A stretch of 64,000 nucleotides of DNA from Nitrososphaeraceae archaeon (GCA_035250975.1 DATFEP010000040.1:1-64000), one strand, 5' to 3'. Shown: positions 39,835-51,318, counted from the first letter of the stretch. The notes: generated by a model from the sequence alone, not told the origin. Made by a program: numbers and translations.

Positions 39835-41205
39835 TTGAGCAAAAATAATCAAGCTTTTAAAATACCAGATGAACTATTACTTTTTCTTAAAAATGAAACT
39901 TATTCGTTATTAATTAAAGGTGAACCTGGTATCGGTAAAACAGCATTATGTCTTGCTATTTTAAAGGAATTGAATATTAAAAATAATTTCTTTTACATAT
40001 CTACTAGAGTTTCTCCAAATAAATTATTTTATTACTTTAAATGGGTAAATAAATACCTTAAAATCAAATCTTCCAATCTACATAATAAATTTTCTAAAAC
40101 TGAAACTACGTTTGGACCATTCTTCGAAGATGCTCGACTGGATGAACCAGAATCTCTATTTGAACGAATTACAAATCAACTTATGGACGTACGTGCTCCC
40201 TTAATTATTGTCGATAGTTGGGATGGTGTGGCATCTTTTATGGATAGAGAATCCAGATTAAACAACGAACGAGTATTACAGACTTGGTTAGAAAGAGCTG
40301 GGGGTCGTCTAATATTAGTCGGAGAAGGAACAGCCACATCCACATTGGATTATTTAGTTGATGGGGTCGTGACATTAAGGAACATAAAGTATTACGGACG
40401 CGATCTCAGAGAAATATCTTTAAATAAGTTAAGAGGAGTAAATGTAATAAAAAATTCTTATTTATTCACGTTACATGAAGGTATGTTTAAGACATTTGAA
40501 TCTTATAGCGATCCCTGTTCACCGTCTATCCAAATTTCTGAATCTGATTTAGATAAATCCGCTAATTTGTCTACTGCGAAGAAATTTAGTTCTGGATATG
40601 AGATTATAGACAGAGATTTTAATGGTGGTTTTTTAGATAAGTCTGTAGTCCTGATTGAATATGATCCTAGAATTGGAATCAATGCCGCTATTATTTTTTT
40701 ATCACAATTTATTAGTGAATCGATGAAAAAATTATACTCCATATTTTTAAACTATAGTTTGAAAAATTCATATAGTTTATTATTAAATCAGATAATTAAA
40801 AATCATAATGATGATTTGATCAGATATATTAATTTCTTTAAAAAATCTAGAAATAATTCTGAAAATGATCAATATGTTGCAAAAAATATGCAGTCATATG
40901 ATTTTATTGATGAGATAGAGAAATTTAAATCGCAATCTCCTGTATTTAGTATTATAGATATAGACAGGGATCAAAAAATAGACCCTGCAGTATTAGAAAG
41001 TCTAAAGAATCATATGAATATCACATTTATGATAAAGACGCTTGATGTTTCAGATAAATATTATGGTCTAATATTTCCTGATTACCATTTTCAACTTCTC
41101 TTAATTAATGGTGTACTTTGTATTAATATACTTCATCCTTTATCAAAAATGTATGTCCTAGAGCTAAACAAAGAAAAAAATAATGTTAATTTAATTGAAA
41201 TTTGA
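39835..41205 (+). CDS. KaiC/RAD55/GvpD-like ATPase (active N-terminal domain, degenerate second domain)
   Basis: LLIKGEPGIGKT, IVDSWD, LDYLVDGVVTL, KLRG; second repeat SSGYEIID..FNGGF lacks Walker A. Confidence 0.8.
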   Translation: MSKNNQAFKIPDELLLFLKNETYSLLIKGEPGIGKTALCLAILKELNIKNNFFYISTRVSPNKLFYYFKWVNKYLKIKSSNLHNKFSKTETTFGPFFEDARLDEPESLFERITNQLMDVRAPLIIVDSWDGVASFMDRESRLNNERVLQTWLERAGGRLILVGEGTATSTLDYLVDGVVTLRNIKYYGRDLREISLNKLRGVNVIKNSYLFTLHEGMFKTFESYSDPCSPSIQISESDLDKSANLSTAKKFSSGYEIIDRDFNGGFLDKSVVLIEYDPRIGINAAIIFLSQFISESMKKLYSIFLNYSLKNSYSLLLNQIIKNHNDDLIRYINFFKKSRNNSENDQYVAKNMQSYDFIDEIEKFKSQSPVFSIIDIDRDQKIDPAVLESLKNHMNITFMIKTLDVSDKYYGLIFPDYHFQLLLINGVLCINILHPLSKMYVLELNKEKNNVNLIEI

Positions 41206-41792
41206 TCGGAGTGCTGTGATACAGATAAGTCTTTTTATTAATTTTAATATGTAGACTGATTTTAGATCTTTAATTTTTTAGTTTTTTCTAAAAATTGATG
41301 TCAAATAGTTATAGATTTTTAATAAAACATACATATTGGTTATATATTATTGATTATTGGAATGCTTGCTCTCGATTATCAATAGATTTTGTTGATTTTA
41401 TTAAATAATTTAATCATCTTCAATCTCGTAATTATTGCCAATTTTAAAAATTGTAAGATATCAATTGTCTATTAAAATAGTTTATAAGTTATTCGTTCAT
41501 CATTTTTATAACTATCGATAAATCGATAATTCTAAGAAAATCAATTCTCATCATCCTTATCAAATCATTGGATTGTTTTACTCTACAATCATTTAATCGT
41601 TAATATCAACTACAAAGATATGTCAAGATTTGGTTCCAATAACTCCTTAGATATGACCTTGTCTAAATTTAAGAATTCAAGACTATTAATATAATTATTA
41701 ATTCTTGATGTTGATGTATAAATAGACTTTACAAAAATTCGGTAAATCTTTGACACAATGCGTCTTTATTTGTTACTTTTAAGCCATAAAAA

Positions 41793-41866
41793 TGGGCCGA
41801 AAGGGAGTTGAACCCTCGACCTTTCGATTATCAGTCGAACGCTCCACCAAGCTGAGCTATCGGCCC
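41793..41866 (-). tRNA. tRNA-Ile(GAT)
   Basis: GGGCCGA/TCGGCCC acceptor, TTCGA-CT-GAT-AA-TCGAA anticodon arm, GAGGG-TTCAACT-CCCTT. Confidence 0.95.
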
Positions 41867-42014
41867 TCTATACAGATTAGTATTTTGTTGGTGCTTTATT
41901 TCCGAGACAATTTAAATATTTATCTTATGATTTTCTAAAATATACTCTCTCTTGCAGATAAAACTACTAAAATCTATATGAATAATAATGCATTTAAGAC
42001 TATAAAATTGTAAT

Positions 42015-42845
42015 ATGATATTATTAATGAAAGACAAGATCCATAACGTTGCTATAATAACAAAAAATCTAAATGATCTTGCCGCTGAATTCGAGAAACG
42101 AATCACAAAACTTTTGTTGGAAAAAAATATCAAAGTATATTCATTTCCGCCCTTCGAAATATCTGGTACTCATACAGTATCTTTAAATTTTAAATCTGTT
42201 GAAGACGTTGATCTTATTATTTGTCTTGGTGGCGATGGAACTACTTTACGTGCATTTAGATTTTATCCAAGCAATATTCCTGTATTTAGTATTAATGTTG
42301 GCGGTACTAGAGGAATCTTATCAGAAATTAAAGTTGATTTAATTAACAGTGCAATTGATGCACTTTTAAAAGGTGATTATTTCTTTGATGAAAGGTTAAG
42401 AATCCAAGTTTCTTCTGAAAACCAATTATTCCCTCCTGCACTAAATGATGTATTATTATTCAGGTCAAATCTTACACGAACACCGACATTTACTATAAAA
42501 TATCGTGGAGATAAAATTGTTCAACGTATGGACGGAATTTTGATATCTACTCCAACAGGATCTACAGGACATTGTCTATCTTTAGGTGGTCCAATCTTGC
42601 ACGAAGAACTATATTGTTTAATTATCAATCCAATAGCTTCTATCAACAAGTTACCACAATTCATAGTCCCCCCAGATGATATAGAAATCATTTGTAATAA
42701 CAATGTAGACTTGATAGTGGATGGTCAAGACAGATATTTAGTAGACGCAGAAGAACCAATTACCCTAAAAAGATATGAAATTAATGCTAAATTTATTCGA
42801 TTAAGAAAAAAAGGCTTAAGGCAACTTGAAAAACTTGGATTCTGA
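42015..42845 (+). CDS. nadK: NAD(+) kinase
   Basis: LGGDGTTL, ALND, DGILISTPTGSTG...SLGGPI, VDGQ. Confidence 0.93.
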   Translation: MILLMKDKIHNVAIITKNLNDLAAEFEKRITKLLLEKNIKVYSFPPFEISGTHTVSLNFKSVEDVDLIICLGGDGTTLRAFRFYPSNIPVFSINVGGTRGILSEIKVDLINSAIDALLKGDYFFDERLRIQVSSENQLFPPALNDVLLFRSNLTRTPTFTIKYRGDKIVQRMDGILISTPTGSTGHCLSLGGPILHEELYCLIINPIASINKLPQFIVPPDDIEIICNNNVDLIVDGQDRYLVDAEEPITLKRYEINAKFIRLRKKGLRQLEKLGF

Positions 42846-43323
42846 AGTATTTGTATTGGATTCTAGTGCTTTTTATTCTGGATTTCATCTTTCAAATAGT
42901 AAAAAATATTACACTACTCCATTGATTCTTGATGAGGTTCGTCATTTAAAGAATTTGACTTCGAGTTACGATGCTTTAATAATTTCAGAGTCATTATTCG
43001 CACTTGAACCAAATGTTGAATCCGTTTCAAAGACGAGAACTACAGCCTTTAGCTCTGGAGACATTGATAGACTTTCTGATGCGGATATTTCAATTATTTC
43101 TCTATCTTATCAATTGGGCTATCCCCTAGTTTCAGATGATTATTGTGTTCAAAATGTATCGAAGATCATGGGTATTGAGATCATTTCTCTAGGCATATCT
43201 GAAATTTCAAAAATCCGGAAATGGATCAATTTTTGTAAAACTTGTGGTAAAGGTTATTCACCTAAAATAACTGAATGTACAATTTGTGGTAACAAAACTA
43301 GAAGAAGATATAAAAATAAGTAA
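42826..43323 (+). CDS. nob1: Nob1-family PIN endonuclease with C-terminal zinc ribbon
   Basis: VLDSSAF, GDIDRLSDADISII, SDDYCVQNV, CKTCG...CTICG. Confidence 0.88.
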   Translation: MKNLDSEVFVLDSSAFYSGFHLSNSKKYYTTPLILDEVRHLKNLTSSYDALIISESLFALEPNVESVSKTRTTAFSSGDIDRLSDADISIISLSYQLGYPLVSDDYCVQNVSKIMGIEIISLGISEISKIRKWINFCKTCGKGYSPKITECTICGNKTRRRYKNK

Positions 43324-43453
43324 TTTGATATTTTAAATATTCTGCAACTTTCTTGAATTACAGTTTCTTGTTTTTAAGGCATTGTTATGACTTTCATGGG
43401 AGCGAATAAGAAGAAAATATTAGCATACGATTTTTCTATAATATTTCTTCTAG

Positions 43454-45340
43454 TTGATTTATTTATTAGAATATAATCTTCTTATTTGTCTGCAGTTGGT
43501 AGGTTTCTCTATAATAAAAAACAATTTTTCTTTTCTTTTGATAATTATAATAATTGGTATTGGTTTTCTTTCCATAATATCCTATCAGTCGGCTTCATTT
43601 ACTGCAGATGAGATAAAAAAGATTGCTCAGGAAGATATCCGTTCTAATGCAAGAATACAGACTTATGACCTTTCAAGGATTCTTGTTCATAGTTTAGACT
43701 CGATTATTTCAAATCTAGAACTCTTGACTTCTTCCCCCTTGATTTTGCAAAACGATCTTGACCAAATTCAAAACCTTCTTTATACTGCACAGCTATCAAC
43801 CTTGCAAATAACTGATGCGTATTATTGGATGGATATTAATGGTAGAATAGTAAGCTCTAGTAAAATCTATCAAGGAGAAAACCTCAATACCAATCTAAAC
43901 CTTCAAAATCAACCTTTTTTTCTATACCCAAAAAAGACACTATCTCCTTACTACAGTACTTCGATCAAGTCAGAAGATAGTCCGTCCTCTTCTTTATACA
44001 TTTCATATCCTTTATTAAAACAACAAATAATAAAACATCAAAATGATACCTTTAGCATAAGACAGACATTTGATGGGGTAATTGTTGCTGCAATAAGTGT
44101 AAAATCCTTAGGTATATTTTTACAAAATGAAATGGTATCTTCTATTATAGGTAATGTTGGTTTAATGGATAGAAATGGTGTGATAATCTATGCTAGAAAT
44201 CAGTCTCTAATAGGCAACAATTATCTTTCCACCGAATTTCAATCTTTAATTCCAGAGAATCTCAGGGGGGATTACAATAGTATTCTTAAGAAAGGTCTTG
44301 AAGGAAAATCCCTTGCCGAAGATTTAGCGTATAACGGAACTACAGTAACCTTATCATACGAGCCAATAGTAATTAGTGATAAATACCTGTGGACTTTATA
44401 TGTTAGTTTTCCACATCAGCTTGCCAGTAACGTCGGTTCTCTGATAGCTCAACAAAATAACTTCAGTACTCTGATAGTTGTAATTACTGGCTCAGTCACA
44501 GTTGGAATAATATATCTAATTCTTTCCTGGAACAGACGATTAGAGGGGGAAGTTAGTACTAGAACGTCACAATTAAAAAGTATTAACCTGTCTTTGGTGG
44601 AGTCAAATAGACTTCTGGAAGAAGCTAATGAACAGCTAAAGGTACACGATAAAATGCAAAAAGAATTCATTAACATTGCAGCTCATGAATTACGAACCCC
44701 TATAATGCCTATTCTAGGAGAGGTTGAGTTAATAGAAGAGGACCTTGATCCAGAGGACAAGACTGTAAAAGTTCAAGAAGAACAAATTAAATTAATCATT
44801 AGGAATGCAAAACGGTTAGATAGATTAGCTTCTGACATTCTCGATGTAACTAGGATCGAAAGCAATTCTTTAGTCCTTCAAAAAGATTACTTTGATCTTA
44901 ATGATATTCTTTCTGATTCAATCAACGATATCGAGAAGCGTATATCTTCCGGAGATGGTTATGCCAAAAATATTAAAGCTATCTATCAGCCAACTAATGT
45001 GAGGATTTTTGGAGATAAGGAGAGGATAAACCAAGTAATTAGTAATTTATTGAGTAACGCATTGAAATTTACAGAAAAAGGTTTTATTAAAATGAGTGTT
45101 ACAAAGAAGGATCAGGATGTACTTATTAGTGTTGAAGATACGGGCAGTGGAATAGATGCGGAGATTTATCCTCGTCTATTTTGTAAATTTGCTACAAAAT
45201 CCGATAAAGGTACTGGACTGGGTCTGTATATTTCTAAAAATATAGTTGATGCACATCACGGTAAAATATGGGCTCAGAACAATCCTAACGGGATAGGAGC
45301 TACTTTTTTCTTTAAACTTCCACTAGATGATAAAACTTAA
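43454..45340 (+). CDS. Membrane sensor histidine kinase with extracellular Cache-like domains
   Basis: Two TM helices, AAHELRTP H-box, NLLSNALKFT, DTGSGI, GTGLGL. Confidence 0.93.
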   Translation: MIYLLEYNLLICLQLVGFSIIKNNFSFLLIIIIIGIGFLSIISYQSASFTADEIKKIAQEDIRSNARIQTYDLSRILVHSLDSIISNLELLTSSPLILQNDLDQIQNLLYTAQLSTLQITDAYYWMDINGRIVSSSKIYQGENLNTNLNLQNQPFFLYPKKTLSPYYSTSIKSEDSPSSSLYISYPLLKQQIIKHQNDTFSIRQTFDGVIVAAISVKSLGIFLQNEMVSSIIGNVGLMDRNGVIIYARNQSLIGNNYLSTEFQSLIPENLRGDYNSILKKGLEGKSLAEDLAYNGTTVTLSYEPIVISDKYLWTLYVSFPHQLASNVGSLIAQQNNFSTLIVVITGSVTVGIIYLILSWNRRLEGEVSTRTSQLKSINLSLVESNRLLEEANEQLKVHDKMQKEFINIAAHELRTPIMPILGEVELIEEDLDPEDKTVKVQEEQIKLIIRNAKRLDRLASDILDVTRIESNSLVLQKDYFDLNDILSDSINDIEKRISSGDGYAKNIKAIYQPTNVRIFGDKERINQVISNLLSNALKFTEKGFIKMSVTKKDQDVLISVEDTGSGIDAEIYPRLFCKFATKSDKGTGLGLYISKNIVDAHHGKIWAQNNPNGIGATFFFKLPLDDKT

Positions 45341-45570
45341 TAATGTTTAAGAAATTTTTAGGTTTTCATTTTTATACGTTGATTTAAAAATAATATAATA
45401 TTTTTATCTTTAAAAATCTTTCAATAACAAGATATATCAAATTCCAATTATACTCTTATCTGTATTAATCTTCTAATATTATTTTACATATTATTTTCCA
45501 TTCAAATATAATCACAGATTGCTATGGATTGAACTATCCTAAATCAAATATATTTATTTAGAACTAGATA

Positions 45571-45933
45571 TTGCAAGCAAAAATGAATTTACAGATTGTA
45601 TTAATCATTGGACTTGTGTGTACATTCATTTTTCTATCATCGTTTACAAATCTTGTGTTTGCTGAGGATTTTCCCGTAATTTTCGCATTTAAAGAACAAT
45701 ATCTTCCATCGAAATATACCCCGTCATATCTCACATTCATGATAAATAATGCATTAGGTGGTTCATCTTCATACGTTTCTAATAGTGAATCCCATGAAAC
45801 ATTTAAAGAACAATTCGTCTCAATTGAATCATTGGACTATAATAATAAAATGATGTTTGAAGATCCATCCCAACAATTAACGTCTCTTAGTACTAATAAT
45901 GCACCATTTATTCTGCCATTACCCTTTCCCTAA
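45571..45933 (+). CDS. Secreted hypothetical protein with PFILPLPFP C-terminus
   Basis: Signal peptide ending VFA; Pro/Phe-rich tail. Confidence 0.6.
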   Translation: MQAKMNLQIVLIIGLVCTFIFLSSFTNLVFAEDFPVIFAFKEQYLPSKYTPSYLTFMINNALGGSSSYVSNSESHETFKEQFVSIESLDYNNKMMFEDPSQQLTSLSTNNAPFILPLPFP

Positions 45934-46016
45934 TGTATTTTAGAGGAGTTAAAAATAGAAACAAATTGAAAATAACTATTAAGAATATATATCTGAATTG
46001 TATTTTTTTCAATATC

Positions 46017-46091
46017 GCGAGGTTAGCCTAGGCCGGTTAGGGTACGAGCTTCCCAAGCTCGGGGTCGCGGGTTCAAATCCCGCATCTCGCA
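46017..46091 (+). tRNA. tRNA-Gly(CCC)
   Basis: GCGAGGT/ATCTCGC acceptor, CGAGC-TT-CCC-AA-GCTCG, GCGGG-TTCAAAT-CCCGC. Confidence 0.94.
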
Positions 46092-46543
46092 TATTGCAAA
46101 ATAAACAACATGTTCATAATGGTCCTAAATAATCAAAGCCGGTTTTTCTTTTAATCAAATTCGATATTTATCAAGCATTATTAACAAGTAAATTAATAAA
46201 AAATAGACGGGTTTTAAGTATCATTAAGTTCCTCTAGTTGTATTAAAATTTAAAATAATATAACTCAAATTGAAATTTGATTTTATTTTTGGCAACTGTT
46301 TAGACATATTTTAATCTATCATACCATGAATCATATGTTAGCTGAGATGTTCTGACAGATAGTTTCTTATATCTAGATTATATTTTTTCTTCTAAGATAT
46401 CTACATATTTTATTTCTGAAACCTGTAACTAATGAATAGACTGCCAAATGATAATGAGTTTTTTGTATTTGATTTGGAATTACTTTTAAAAAGATACGAA
46501 TAATTTAAATCTTTAAATATAATCGTTAATTTTCATTAAATGG

Positions 46544-46921
46544 ATGAAATTTCTTTTTTCCAAATTTGTTGTATTTACTTTTATTTCCTTCACAATAATA
46601 TTATTTTCTAATATTCAGTTTTTTAATATTACAATATTTTCACAAGAAGATGATAAGAAAGGGTTTGGAGTACAAGAAAGAGAACGTGCTAGAATACATG
46701 CGGATAATGACTCAAAAGTTGATGATAAGAAAGGGTTTGGAGTACAAGAAAGAGAACGTGCTAGAATACATGCTGAGAACGATTCTCAAATTTTTAATAA
46801 TGACTTTGCCGGTTTGATCATACTTGTAACAATAATTGTTATTGTTGCTGTAAGTTCATATGCATTATACAAAATATTGATAATCAGAAGAAAGTCCGAT
46901 CATTCAAAACCAAAAAAATAA
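46544..46921 (+). CDS. Small membrane-anchored protein with 24-aa tandem repeat
   Basis: Signal/TM + 2x DDKKGFGVQERERARIHA(D/E)NDS + C-terminal TM and basic tail. Confidence 0.7.
   Translation: MKFLFSKFVVFTFISFTIILFSNIQFFNITIFSQEDDKKGFGVQERERARIHADNDSKVDDKKGFGVQERERARIHAENDSQIFNNDFAGLIILVTIIVIVAVSSYALYKILIIRRKSDHSKPKK
46649..46792 (+). repeat. 72-bp in-frame tandem duplication
   Basis: gatgataagaaagggtttggagtacaagaaagagaacgtgctagaatacatgc identical at 46649 and 46721. Confidence 0.93.
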
Positions 46922-46939
46922 TAATAATGGTTTAGTCAA

Positions 46940-47458
46940 TTGATTAAAAAAATTTTTTTTAGAAATTACATCTTAGTACCAATATCAATTTCGTTATTGT
47001 TATTGATTCAATATGCTCATGGTGATAATCATAATAGAAGTTTACATGACAATGCAGAATTATTAGGATGGCTTTCCATTAGTTGTGGATTAATTGCTAA
47101 TATTCCATTCATTTTATACGTACGCGTAAAGAGATTATCAGTTAAAAAATTAGGTGGAGCTGACAGTCTAACGCGAAATCTTTCTCTAGAACACAGACCA
47201 ATAATTAATTTCCATATTATTTTGAATCTAATTGGATTTTTTACAGGCATTTTTCATGGAGTATTGTTAATTAGGGGAATAGATTTTATTTCTATATCGT
47301 TAGTAATTGTTATAACTACGCTTACTGTTAGTGGCATTTTGATGAGATTTGCAAAATTAAGAATTCTTAATCAGTTAAATAGAATAATACATACACATAT
47401 TATTCTCACAATTTTACTTGTAATTTTGGTAGTCTTACATCTCTCGATTTCACAGTAA
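46940..47458 (+). CDS. Multi-TM membrane protein with four intramembrane His (cytochrome b/ferric reductase-like)
   Basis: NFHIILNLIGFFTGIFHGVLL and IIHTHIILTILLVILVVLHL helices. Confidence 0.6.
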   Translation: MIKKIFFRNYILVPISISLLLLIQYAHGDNHNRSLHDNAELLGWLSISCGLIANIPFILYVRVKRLSVKKLGGADSLTRNLSLEHRPIINFHIILNLIGFFTGIFHGVLLIRGIDFISISLVIVITTLTVSGILMRFAKLRILNQLNRIIHTHIILTILLVILVVLHLSISQ

Positions 47459-47549
47459 AAGCGCTTATTCTTGAAGTTAACATTGTCCAATTTGGAACAT
47501 AAATGACAAAGTTTATAATATCACGCTTGATTCATGCATGAGATTAGTT

Positions 47550-48200
47550 CTATAAAACTCATTGGAAATGCTACAAAAGTAGGGTATATTTTGTCATGCA
47601 AGATAGAAAGGAAGAACTTGTATAAGCTGGCCTATCGATCATTATATTATTTTGAGAGTATGAGCATTATGGATGTAAATGTTGACATACAAATTTCGTG
47701 ATTTCACTGGAACTTATATTGAAGAATTTGACTATTCCCAAGGTATAATACATCATCTTGTTTACATCTTTACATAAAGTATCCCTGCATACAGAACACG
47801 ATTTTACGTATATATCAATATAAAAACAATAGAAAGAACATTAAGAATATTTACACAACCAATCATGATACTCTATTTGAAGATATGTGAAATCTAAAAC
47901 TATCTTGTCAAATCGAAATTGATGAAAGTTTGTTTGGTCCTCATAAGAGAGAATTTAAATGCGGATTAGGTTCAAATGAGCACAAAAATTGGACAACATC
48001 AAGTAGTGGCCGGTTGAAGAGAGGAATAGGTAAGAAAATAATTACATAAATAGAATTGAAGGAGTCTGAACTTATGCCAATACATCGTTGTATCGTTATT
48101 GAGGAGTTCCTAAACAATATGTTCATCTATATTAAAATAGATAGAATTCAGATTCAATAACAGACAAAGATATATTTTATATGTTAACAAATATTCTCGT
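47550..48200 (+). mobile_element. Degenerate IS1595-family (ISXO2-like) transposase remnant
   Basis: Fragments DFTGTYIE; KLSCQIEIDESLFGPHKREFKCGLGS; NYINRIEGV*TYANTSLYRY*GVPKQYVHLY..IEFRFNNR match IS1595 EIDES..G and INxIE..W / EFRFNNR motifs. Many stops and an internal deletion. Confidence 0.75.
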
Positions 48201-48326
48201 TAAAACTGTTCCTAAATCTTTACGTATTACCTTTCTAGGAGCATATTTTTTTCTTTACTTTTATAATTTTTAACCAATCAATTTAGGAAAAAATCTATTA
48301 ATTTTTTAAATTATGTATTTTTTAAA

Positions 48327-49151
48327 TTATGTATCTATCTCTTTATAGGTTTCAAATCTTTCGTGTTTTATAGCCTCTTTTATAATAGTAAATGATACCT
48401 GTTCTGCCATTTTACTAAGTACAGAAACATCATCTTTATATTCATCAAACGAAGAATGATTTTTATTTCCAAGATAGACTTCTTTAATTTTATACCCTGA
48501 AACGGCTGCCTCAATTAGGAACCAAACATCTATTCCCCATCCATCAGGAGGATTACAATCCAGCATTTTCTTCCATACCGCAACGTTGGAACATACCTCT
48601 CCGCTTAATGGTTGTTCAATATGAGATAGTTCAGGAAAGAAAATTCGTAGCATAGGTTTTGCAATAAGTTTTGTTACAGCAGCGTCACGAGGAAGTCGTT
48701 GATAGAAGCCTCTTGTCATATCAAACCCGCCTTCCAATACCGGTTTTGCCAAATCATCAACCCACTCAGCACTAATATTTTTTATATCGGAGTCTAAAAA
48801 AAGAATAGCTTTATAGGTTTTTCCTGGATTGTTAGGATTAATATTACCATTTATTGCCTCAATCAAACCAGCCTTCATAGCTAATCCTTTACCCGGAAAT
48901 TTTTGCAAGGCTTGTTGTATTATCTTAACGCCACCAACATTATTTGCAATTTCTATTGTATTGTCTGTAGAAAAACCATCAACTATTATAATATCTGGTT
49001 TAAATGAGCTACTTTTTACATTTATCAAGACATTCTCAATTGTACTACCTGAATTTTTTGTACATAAAATAACTGCTAAATCAGGAGAACTAAGTTCAAA
49101 TGAATCATATTCACTTCCTTTAATGATATTATTTTCTAATGATTCATTCAT
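48327..49151 (-). CDS. Glycosyltransferase family 2, glucosyl/mannosyl-3-phosphoglycerate synthase-like
   Basis: VDGFSTDNT, PGKGLAM, FLDSDI, VTKLIAKPML..FFPEL..IEQPLSGE, GWGIDV. Confidence 0.8.
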   Translation of the reverse strand: MNESLENNIIKGSEYDSFELSSPDLAVILCTKNSGSTIENVLINVKSSSFKPDIIIVDGFSTDNTIEIANNVGGVKIIQQALQKFPGKGLAMKAGLIEAINGNINPNNPGKTYKAILFLDSDIKNISAEWVDDLAKPVLEGGFDMTRGFYQRLPRDAAVTKLIAKPMLRIFFPELSHIEQPLSGEVCSNVAVWKKMLDCNPPDGWGIDVWFLIEAAVSGYKIKEVYLGNKNHSSFDEYKDDVSVLSKMAEQVSFTIIKEAIKHERFETYKEIDT

Positions 49152-50164
49152 TTTTTATTTTTAAGCTTTAATGGTATATAGGTTTTGGTTGGAAATCTTT
49201 ATAAACTAATTTTTTTAGGATTTTAATTTCTAAATTTCATATATTTTAGAGTCCATAACAAAACCCTTGAATTTTTAAATTATCTTTTGAGAATTAAATT
49301 GAAAAGAATTATTATGCTTTCAATAAGATTGTTAGGATAAATAGAAATCTGTCCTAGCGTATTAGGCTAGATTATCTGGTTTCCAAAAAGAAGATCTGGC
49401 AAACCCATTGTAACAGATAAAACCTCTCAACTAATTAAAAAAGATCACCATTTATTTTTATAGATGATGTCATATAGGTTTATGCTGAGACACAATTCAC
49501 TATTACGTAAAATGAAAAAACCGGATACAAAATCCGATATTGCAAAAAAAACGTTGACCTGCTACTGTATTGTGTAGCCATTATACAGAAATTCTTTATT
49601 CGTCAAATGATGAATATTCTATTGTCATTACTCTTCTTTCCACTGTTTGTGGCAAGTATTTATCCTTTTTATTTCAATATCACTTTTGTTCTTCTAGTTA
49701 AGACAAATTTCATTTTGCGAAAATTCTTTTCTATTCCTTTTACTAAAGATCGAAATAGTTTCTATATTAGATAATATAATTGGATATTCATTGTTGTAAA
49801 AAGTATAGGAATGTCGTCTTCCTTTCTTCTTGTTGTGATTTGATTTATACACTATAATAGCTTCTTTGTTGACGATCATGAAAATCATATCAAATTTTAA
49901 AAGAAAATAACATCAGTATAGCCTTAGAATTAGTATCCAAAAAATGAAAATAATTAGATAATTAAAAAAATTATTTCTAACTCACAAATCATTAAAGACT
50001 GAATACAGAAAAAATACTAGAGTTTATAAAATGTTATTAAATTATTAAAACTTTAAAAGAATAATAGAAAAACCCCTACTCTTAAAGTGAATATTAAATA
50101 ATAGGAGGGCAAAGTACCTGAAAAATTTATTAGCAAACGATGATAATCTTTCTGCATCCAACAA

Positions 50165-50974
50165 TCAAGTTAAAGATACATCAAGGATCATCATTAATAC
50201 AAATCCAAATAACAGAAAAAAGGTTGCTAAATCTATATTACCACGTCTATGGGATTCTGGAATTACTTCTTCGGCAACAACGAATATCATAGCACCTGCA
50301 GCAAAACTCAAGGCATAGGGTAAAAGTGGTTGAGCCATAAAAACAAAGATTGCCCCTAAAACACCTGCAACTGGTTCAACTGAAGCTGATAACTGGCCAT
50401 AAAAAAAACTTTTTCTCGTTGAATATCCTTCTTGTTTTAGTGGCATAGCAACAGCAAGACCTTCAGGAAAGTTTTGTAAACCTATACCGATGGCGAGAGA
50501 AATTGCAGCTCCTAGAGTTGCTTCGGGTAAACCTAATGATGCAGCACCAAATGCAACACCAATAGCTAATCCCTCAGGAATATTGTGTATAGTAATAGCT
50601 AGGACTAGTAGATTACTTTTCTTTAACTTTGTTTTAGGACCTTCTAAGGCTACAGGAGGTAGATTTGGATGAAGATGCGGTAAAATTTTATCTATTATTC
50701 TAATAAATATACCTCCCAATAGAAAACCAATTGCAACTGGTAACCATGGCATCATATCGTGTTTTGAAAGTTCTAATGCTGGAGAAAGAAGAGACCAATA
50801 GCTAGCAGCAAGCATAACTCCTGCAGCAAATCCTAGCATTCCATCAAAAATTTTTCTATTCATGTCTTTGAGCAAGAATACTAAAGAAGCTCCAACGGCT
50901 GTAACAAACCATGTAAAAAAAGTAGCGAGTAATGCCTGTGTAATAGGATTTAAATCAAAAAACCACGGTATCAA
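50165..50974 (-). CDS. ZIP-family metal transporter (GufA/ZupT-like)
   Basis: [51 protein letters not shown]. Confidence 0.93.
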   Translation of the reverse strand: MIPWFFDLNPITQALLATFFTWFVTAVGASLVFLLKDMNRKIFDGMLGFAAGVMLAASYWSLLSPALELSKHDMMPWLPVAIGFLLGGIFIRIIDKILPHLHPNLPPVALEGPKTKLKKSNLLVLAITIHNIPEGLAIGVAFGAASLGLPEATLGAAISLAIGIGLQNFPEGLAVAMPLKQEGYSTRKSFFYGQLSASVEPVAGVLGAIFVFMAQPLLPYALSFAAGAMIFVVAEEVIPESHRRGNIDLATFFLLFGFVLMMILDVSLT

Positions 50975-51278
50975 TATAAAAACTAGTGAAAACTTGATCT
51001 ATTATTTTAAAATTTCTATCTGTAATTATGTGAATTTCAATACTAAATTCGGCTCTATTAATTAAGACAATTTCTGTTTCCTGTTTCTTCTTGTCGCTAA
51101 AAATTTTACAATATCATCAATAAAATTAACTTGTGAAAAGTTTTTTTTCTTGACTAAAAATCGCAAACATCAATATAATTGTGACAAAGTGATGCTTAAG
51201 AACTAATAAGAAGAACAAAAAAGAAAAGTTAAACTGTCAGTATAATAAATCATTATATGTATATTTTCGTATATACAC

Positions 51279-51318
51279 TATCCTAAATTTCCAAGATTAT
51301 CGATATTTAATATTCGTG
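51279..51318 (+). repeat. 40-bp direct repeat, copy A (copy B 56670-56709)
   Basis: tatcctaaatt(t/g)ccaagattatcgatatttaatattcgtg, 39/40 identical. Confidence 0.9.

Noticed and set aside
39835-41205. Evidence for gas vesicles
   Set aside because: GvpD-like similarity reflects the KaiC ATPase family; no gvpA or other structural genes are present
7589-44676. Numerous 60-120 aa ORFs overlapping core genes on the opposite strand or in alternate frames
   Set aside because: Shadow ORFs of confidently identified genes, with no motifs of their own
47941-48126. 61-aa - strand ORF
   Set aside because: Antisense to the IS1595 transposase remnant
49300-49888. Coding-looking intergenic DNA and the 64-aa ORF 49694-49888
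   Set aside because: No recognisable family motifs in the frames I translated; cannot support a call
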